Below are positions 57,801 to 64,000 of a stretch of 64,000 nt of DNA, one piece after another. The DNA is taken from assembly GCF_009914755.1 (NCBI RefSeq), contig NC_060948.1, one strand, 5' to 3'. The position numbers and the translations under genes were made by a program. Positions within the stretch are counted from its first letter, which is position 1, and every line of letters begins with the position of its first letter. A model generated the notes under the pieces. The model was not told the origin of the DNA. It ran no database searches and saw only the letters and a program-made list of their open reading frames with translations. This DNA comes from the human T2T-CHM13v2.0 reference genome, Homo sapiens.

Positions 57801-60800
57801 TCCTTTCCTTTCCATTCCATTCGAGTCCATTCAATTTGAGCATTCGTGTCCATTCTATTCGAGTCCATTCCATTACCGTCTATTCTATTCCCTTCCATTC
57901 CTGTTGATTCAATTTCATTCCCTTCCATTCAATTCCTTTCCATTCGATTCCATTCCTTTCCATTCCATTCCATTCGTTCCCATTCCATGTGATTTCATTC
58001 CATTCCAGTCCATTATATTCGAGTCCACTCCACTCCATTCTATTACATTCAATTCCTCATGAGTCCGTTCCATAACACTCCATGCATTTCGATTCCATTT
58101 CTTGCCAGTTTTCTTCCATTTTATTCCATTCCGTTCGATTCCATTCCATTCGATTGCATTCCATTCGATTGCATACCATTCGAATCCTTTCCATTCCTTT
58201 CTATTCCATTCCATTTCATTCGATTTGATTCCATTGTGTTCTATTCCATTCAATTCTTTTTCATTCCATTCGAATCGTTTCTATTGCAGTCCATTCCATT
58301 CGAGTCCATTCCAATCCCTTCCATCCATTCCATTACAGTCCATTCCAATAGATTCCACTCCTTTGCCTTCCATTCGAATCCATTCCATTCTAGTCCATTC
58401 CATTTGAGTCAATTCCATTCCATTCCATTCTATTCCTTTCCAATCCATTCGATTCCATTCGATTCAATTCCATTTGATTCTCTTTCATTCTATTTTATTC
58501 CATGCCATTTGATTGCATTGCATTCCATTCCGTTTGATTCCAGTCCATTCAAGAAAGTTCCATTCCAGTCCATTGCTTTCGAGTCCATTCCATTCCACTC
58601 TAGTCTATTCCACTCCATTCCTTTCCATTCCATTCCATACTATTCCATTCCATTCCTTTGCATTCCGTTTCCAATCTATTCGAGTCCATTACATTCCAGT
58701 CCAATCCATTCGATTACATTCCTCTTGATTCCCTGCCAGTCGATTGCATTGCATACTAGACCATTCCAAAGGAGTCCATTCCATTCTATTTCAACACTTT
58801 CCATTCCACTCTGTTCGAGTCCATTCCATTCCAGTCCATTTAATTCAAGGGCATTCCATTCCATTCCATTCCATTTCATATTATTCTATTCCATTCAATT
58901 CCATTCCAGATGATTCCATTCCATTCTATACCATTGCTCTCTGTTCCATTCCATTCCATCTGTCTCCATTCCTTTCGTTTCGATTCCTTTCCATTCCATT
59001 CCATTACATTTGATCCTATTTTATTAAATTGCATTCTATTCGAGTGATTTCCATTCGAGTCCTTTCCATTCGATTCCATTCCATTCTATTCCATTCCTTT
59101 GGATTCCATTCCATTCCGTTCCGTTCATATCAATTCCTTGCCATTCCATTACATTCGATTTCTTGCCATTCGATTCCATTCCTTTTGACTCCATTTCATT
59201 CGATTCCATTCCATTCCATTAATTTCCATTCCATTCGAGACCTTTCCATTGCAGTCTTTTCCCTTCGAGTCCATTCCGTTCGATTCCCTTCCATTGGAGT
59301 CCGTACCAGTCTAGTCCATTCTATTCCAGTCCATTAGTTTCGACTCCATTGCGTTCGAGTGCATTCCATTCCGTGGCTGTCCATTGCATTCCGTTTGATG
59401 CCATTCCATATGATTCCATTCAATTCGAGACCATTCTATTCCTGTCCATTCCTTGTGGTTCGATTCCATTTTACTCTAGTCCATTCCATTCCATTGAATT
59501 CCATTCGACTCTATTCCGTTCCATTCAATTCCATTCCATTCGATTCCATTTTTTTCGAGAACCTTCCATTACACTCCCTTCCATTCCAGTGCATTCCATT
59601 CCAGTCTCTTCAGTTCTATTCCATTCCATTCGTTTCGATTCCATTCCACTCCAGCCCATTCCATTCCATTCCATTCCTTTCTTTCCGTTTCATTAGATTC
59701 CATTGCATTCAATTCCATTCAAATCAATTCCGTGCTATTCAATTTGATTCCTTTCCATTTAATTCCATAGCATTAGATTCCATTCCGTTCGATTCCATTC
59801 CATTTGATGCCATTCCATTTGATGCCATTCCGTGACATTCCATTCCATTCGAGTCCATTCCGTTCCAATTCATTCCATTCCGTTTCATGAAATTCGAGTC
59901 CTTTCCAGTACATTTCATTCCAATCCCATCCAATCCAATCTATTCCATTCAATTCCTTTCCCTTCCATTTGATTATATTCCATTGATTTGATTCCATTCA
60001 GTTTGATTCCATTCCGTGAAATTTCGTTCCATTCTATTCCATTGCATTACTTTCCATTCAATTCCATTCCATTTCATTTCTGTCCATTCGCTTCCTTTCC
60101 TTTCGATTCAATTCCATTTGATTCCACTCCATTCTATGCGATTTCATTGCAATCGATTCAATTCCATTCGATGACATTCCTTTCGTTTCCATTCCATTAG
60201 AGTCCATTCAATTTGAGCATTCGTGTCCATTCTATTCGAGTCCATTCCATTACCGTCTATTCTATTCCCTTCCATTCCTGTTGATTCAATTTCATTCCCT
60301 TCCATTCGATTCCTTTCCATTCGATTCCATTCCTTTCCATTCCATTCCATTCGTTCCCATTCCATGTGATTTCATTCCATTCCAGTGCATTATATTCGAG
60401 TCCACTCCACTCCATTCTATTACATTCAATTCCTCATGAGTCCGTTCCATAACACTCCCTGCATTTCGATTCCATTTCTTGCCAGTTTTCTTCCATTTTA
60501 TTGCATTCCGTTCGATTCCATTCCATTCGATTGCATTCCATTCGATTGCATTCCATTCGAATCCTTTCCATTCCTTTCTATTCCATTCCATTTCATTCGA
60601 TTTGATTCCATTCTGTTCTATTCCATTCAATTCTTTTTCATTCCATTCGAATCCTTTCTATTGCAGTCCATTCCATTCGAGTCCATTCCAATCCCTTCCA
60701 TCCATTCCATTACACTCCATTCCAATAGATTCCACTCCTTTGCCTTCCATTCGAATCCATTCCATTCTAGTCCATTCCATTTGAGTCAATTCCATTCCAT

Positions 60801-61460
60801 TCCATTCTATTCCTTTCCAATCCATTCGATTCCATTCGATTCAATTCCATTTAATTCTCTTTCATTCTATTTTATTCCATGCCATTTGATTGCATTGCAT
60901 TCCATTCCGTTTGATTCCAGTCCATTCAAGAAAGTTCCATTCCAGTCCATTGCTTTCGAGTCCATTCCATTCCACTCTAGTCTATTCCACTCCATTCCTT
61001 TCCATTCCATTCCATACTATTCCATTCCATTCCTTTGCATTCCGTTTCCAATCTATTCGAGTCCATTACATTCCAGTCCAATCCATTCGATTACATTCCT
61101 CTTGATTCCCTGCCAGTCGATTGCATTGCATACTAGACCATTCCAAAGGAGTCCATTCCATTCTATTTCAACACTTTCCATTCCACTCTGTTCGAGTCCA
61201 TTCCATTCCAGTCCATTTAATTCAAGGGCATTCCATTCCATTCCATTCCATTTCATATTATTCTATTCCATTCAATTCCATTCCAGATGATTCCATTCCA
61301 TTCTATACCATTGCTCTCTGTTCCATTCCATTCCATCTGTCTCCATTCCTTTCGTTTCGATTCCTTTCCATTCCATTCCATTACATTTGATCCTATTTTA
61401 TTAAATTGCATTCTATTCGAGTGATTTCCATTCGAGTCCTTTCCATTCGATTCCATTCCA
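27801..61460 (+). repeat. Sub-array of 14 deletion-derived short DYZ1 units (~2377 bp)
   Basis: Landmark positions 28706, 31463, 33840, 36216, 38593, 40970, 43347, 45723, 48100, 50476, 52853, 55230, 57611, 59988 (spacings 2757, then 2376-2381). All share the junction 'catagcattagattccattccgttcgattccattccatttgatg' (one copy has ttcg>tttg) and lack the segment equivalent to ~42-1211 of the first unit. Boundaries approximate (+/-200 bp). Confidence 0.95.
29393..30165 (+). repeat. 380 bp tandem duplication inside the first short unit
   Basis: Sequence from 29781 (ccattccaatcccttccatccattccattacagtcc...) repeats that from 29401. The unit is 2757 = 2377 + 380 bp. Junction microhomology ATTCGAGTCCATT. 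Confidence 0.93.
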
Positions 61461-64000
61461 TTCTATTCCATTCCTTTGGATTCCATTCCATTCCGTTCCG
61501 TTCACATCAATTCCTTGCGATTCCATTACATTCGATTTCTTGCCATTCGATTCCATTCCTTTTGACTCCATTTCATTCGATTCCATTCCATTCCATTAAT
61601 TTCCATTCCATTCGAGACCTTTCCATTGCAGTCTTTTCCCTTCGAGTCCATTCCGTTCGATTCCCTTCCATTCGATTCCATTCCATTGGAGTCCGTACCA
61701 GTCGAGTCCATTCTATTCCAGTCCATTAGTTTCGACTCCATTGCATTCGAGTGCATTCCATTCCGTGGCTGTCCATTCCATTCCGTTTGATGCCATTCCA
61801 TACGATTCCATTCAATTCGAGACCATTCTATTCCTGTCCATTCCTTGTGGTTCGATTCCATTTCACTATAGTCCATTCCATTCCATTGAATTCCATACGA
61901 CTCTATTCCGTTCCATTCAATTCCATTCCTTTCGATTCCATTTTTTTGGAGAACCTTCCATTACACTCCCTTCCATTCCAGTGCATTCCATTCCAGTCTC
62001 TTCAGTTCGATTCCATTCCATTCGTTTCAATTCCATTCCATTCCAGCCCATTCCATTCCATTCCATTCCTTTCCTTTCCGTTTCATTAGATTCCATTGCA
62101 TTCGATTCCATTCAATTCAATTCCGTGCTATTCAATTTGATTCATTTCCATTTAATTCCATTGCATTAGATTCCATTCCGTTCGATTCCATTCCTTTCGA
62201 ATCCATTCCATTGGAGTCCATTCACTTCCAGAACATTCCCTTCCAGTCGAATCCATTCGAGTAGATTCCATTAATGTTCATTACATTCTACTACATTCCA
62301 TTCCATTGCATTCCATTCCATTCCGTTCGATGCCATTCGATTCCACTCCATGCCAAATCATTGCATTCCTTTCCACTCCGTTCCTATCAATTCAATTCCA
62401 TTCGATTTAGTTCGATTCTATTCACTTCCATTCCATCCGATTCCATTCCATTGGAGTCAATTCCTTTCGACACCCAGCCTTTCCAGTCAATGATTTTGGA
62501 TTCCATTTTTTTGCATTCCATTACATTCTATGACATTCGATTCCGTTTCATTGCATTCCATTCCATACATTTTTATTCCATTCGAGACCGTAGCATTCTG
62601 CTTTATTCCAGGCCTGTCCATTGCACTACATTCCCTTCCATTCCAATGAATTCCATTCCATTCCAATCCATTCCTTTCCTTTCGCTTGTATTCCATTCTA
62701 TTCTCTTCTACTGCATACAATTTCACTCCATTCGTTCCCATTCCATTCAATTCCATTCCATTCAATTCCATTCCATTTGTTTCCATTCTCTTCGATTCCA
62801 TTTCTTTATATTCCATGCCATTCGATTCCATTCTATTGGATTGCATTACATTCGTATTCACTCCATTCCAGACCATTCCATTTGACTCCATTCCTTTCGA
62901 GCCCTTTCAACTTAAGTCCATTCCTTTCCAGTCCATTTCACTCCAGTCCATTACTGTCCATTCCATACCATTCCATCCCATTCCATTCCATTCCATTGCA
63001 TTCCATTCCATTCCGTTCCATTGCACTGTACTCCATTCCATTACATTCTACTCCATTTGAGTCGATTTTATTGCATTAGATTCTATTCCATTGGATTGCT
63101 TTCCATTCGATTACATTCCATTCATGTACATTCCATTCCAGTCAATTACATTCGAGTTCATTACATTACATTCCAGTATATTCCATTGTATTCGGTCCCA
63201 TTCCTTTCAATTCCATTTCATTAGACTCCATTATATTCGATTCCATTCCACTCGAATACATTCCATTAGAGGACATTCCATTCCAATGCATTCCATTCCA
63301 TTTCATAGCATTCCATCGCATTCGATTCCATTCCATTTGATGCCATTCCATGACATTCCATTCCATTCGAGTCCATTCCGTTCCAATTCATTCCATTCCG
63401 TTTCATGAAATTCGAGTCCTTTCCAGTACATTTCATTCCAATCACATCCAATCCAATCTACTCCATTCAATTCCTTTCCATTCCATTTGATTATTTTCCA
63501 TTGATTTGATTCCATTCAGTTTGATTCCATTCCGTGAAATTTCGTTCCATTCTATTCCATTGCATTACTTTCCATTCAATTCCATTCCATTTCATTTCAG
63601 TCCATTCGCTTACTTTCCTTTCGATTCAATTCCATTTGATTCCACTCCATTCTATGTGATTTCATTCCAATCGATTCAATTCCATTCGATGACATTCCTT
63701 TCGTTTCCATTCCATTCGAGTCCATTTAATTTGAGCATTCGTGTCCATTCTATTCGAGTCCATTCCATTACCGTCTATTCTACTCCCTTCCATTCCTGTT
63801 GATTCAATTTCATTCCCTTCCATTCGATTCCTTTCCATTCGATTCCATTCCTTTCCATTCCATTCCATTCGTTCCCATTCCATGTGATTTCATTCCATTC
63901 CAGTCCATTATATTCGAGTCCACTCCACTCCATTCTATTACATTCAATTCCTTTTGAGTCCGTTCCATAACACTCCATTCATTTCGAATCCATTTCTTGC
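61461..64000 (+). repeat. DYZ1: Return to full-length DYZ1 unit (diverged variant, truncated by window end)
   Basis: The deleted segment reappears from ~62195 (tttcgaatccattccattggagtcc..., GGCC at 62611, GAATTC at 62648). Landmark spacing 59988 to 63506 = 3518 bp. Confidence 0.93.

Larger units (their letters stand above)
1..64000 (+). repeat. DYZ1: Human satellite 3 (HSat3) array, DYZ1 family (Yq12 heterochromatin); diverged (CATTC)n
   Basis: Every line is CATTC pentamer or a variant. The landmark 'ttgattccattcagtttgattccattccgtgaaatttcg' recurs at 1398, 4972, 8530, 12109, 15668, 19247, 22765, 26323 (spacing 3518-3579 bp, matching the known ~3.56 kb DYZ1 unit). One HaeIII (GGCC 458-461) and one EcoRI (GAATTC 495-500) site in the first unit. 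The array runs off both window ends. Confidence 0.97.

Noticed and set aside
27801-61460. DYZ2 (HSat1B) block, suggested by the ~2.4 kb period
   Set aside because: DYZ2 is AT-rich with an Alu fragment. This block is CATTC-based and collinear with DYZ1, so the size match is coincidental.
208-63978. Hundreds of ORFs of 60-404 aa (FHSIP-rich on +, MEWNG-rich on -), e.g. 1577-2791 and 36613-37518
   Set aside because: They are the 5-residue periodic translation of (CATTC)n/(GAATG)n, which lacks stop codons. They overlap in all frames, many begin at TTG/GTG, and they open and close with random SNVs between units. No domain content.
1-64000. CRISPR array or other prokaryotic repeat system
   Set aside because: No constant repeat with unique spacers, no cas-like ORFs and no non-satellite sequence anywhere.
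1-64000. HSat2, or an inversion or transposon insertion in the array
   Set aside because: CATTCGATTC occurs, but CATTCCATTC dominates and the unit is DYZ1. The C-rich strand stays on + throughout, and I saw no Alu, L1, poly-A or GGAAT-strand segment.
1-64000. Non-B DNA potential of (GGAAT)n hairpins and abundant TCGA CpG sites
   Set aside because: Generic known properties of HSat3; nothing specific to this window can be supported from sequence alone.

Overview
The whole 64 kb window is one uninterrupted, single-orientation array of human satellite 3 (diverged CATTC/GGAAT pentamers, C-rich strand on +). Its ~3.56 kb unit, single ancestral HaeIII/EcoRI sites and exact matches to the classic Y1.1/Y1.2 sexing primers (recalled from memory) identify it as DYZ1 of Yq12 heterochromatin. 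There are no genes, RNA genes, transposons or CRISPR arrays; all listed ORFs are translation artefacts of the pentamer. The structure lies in the repeat architecture. (1) About 8 full-length units (3518-3583 bp) run from 1 to ~27.8 kb and include a 7138 bp two-unit tandem duplication. (2) An embedded ~33.7 kb sub-array of 14 shortened units (2376-2381 bp) shares one ~1.15 kb deletion junction, has lost the HaeIII site, ancestral EcoRI site and PCR target, carries a different EcoRI site, and is ordered in variant types (A C A B A B C A B A B C A B) with an ~11.88 kb super-period. (3) A 380 bp chimeric tandem duplication sits in the first short unit. (4) At ~61.5 kb the array returns to a more diverged full-length unit that resembles the progenitor lineage of the short unit. 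Each full unit also carries three perfect three-pentamer heat-shock elements (nTTCnnGAAnnTTCn), two of which survive in the short unit. All comparisons were made by eye and from ORF-track coordinates, not by alignment software.
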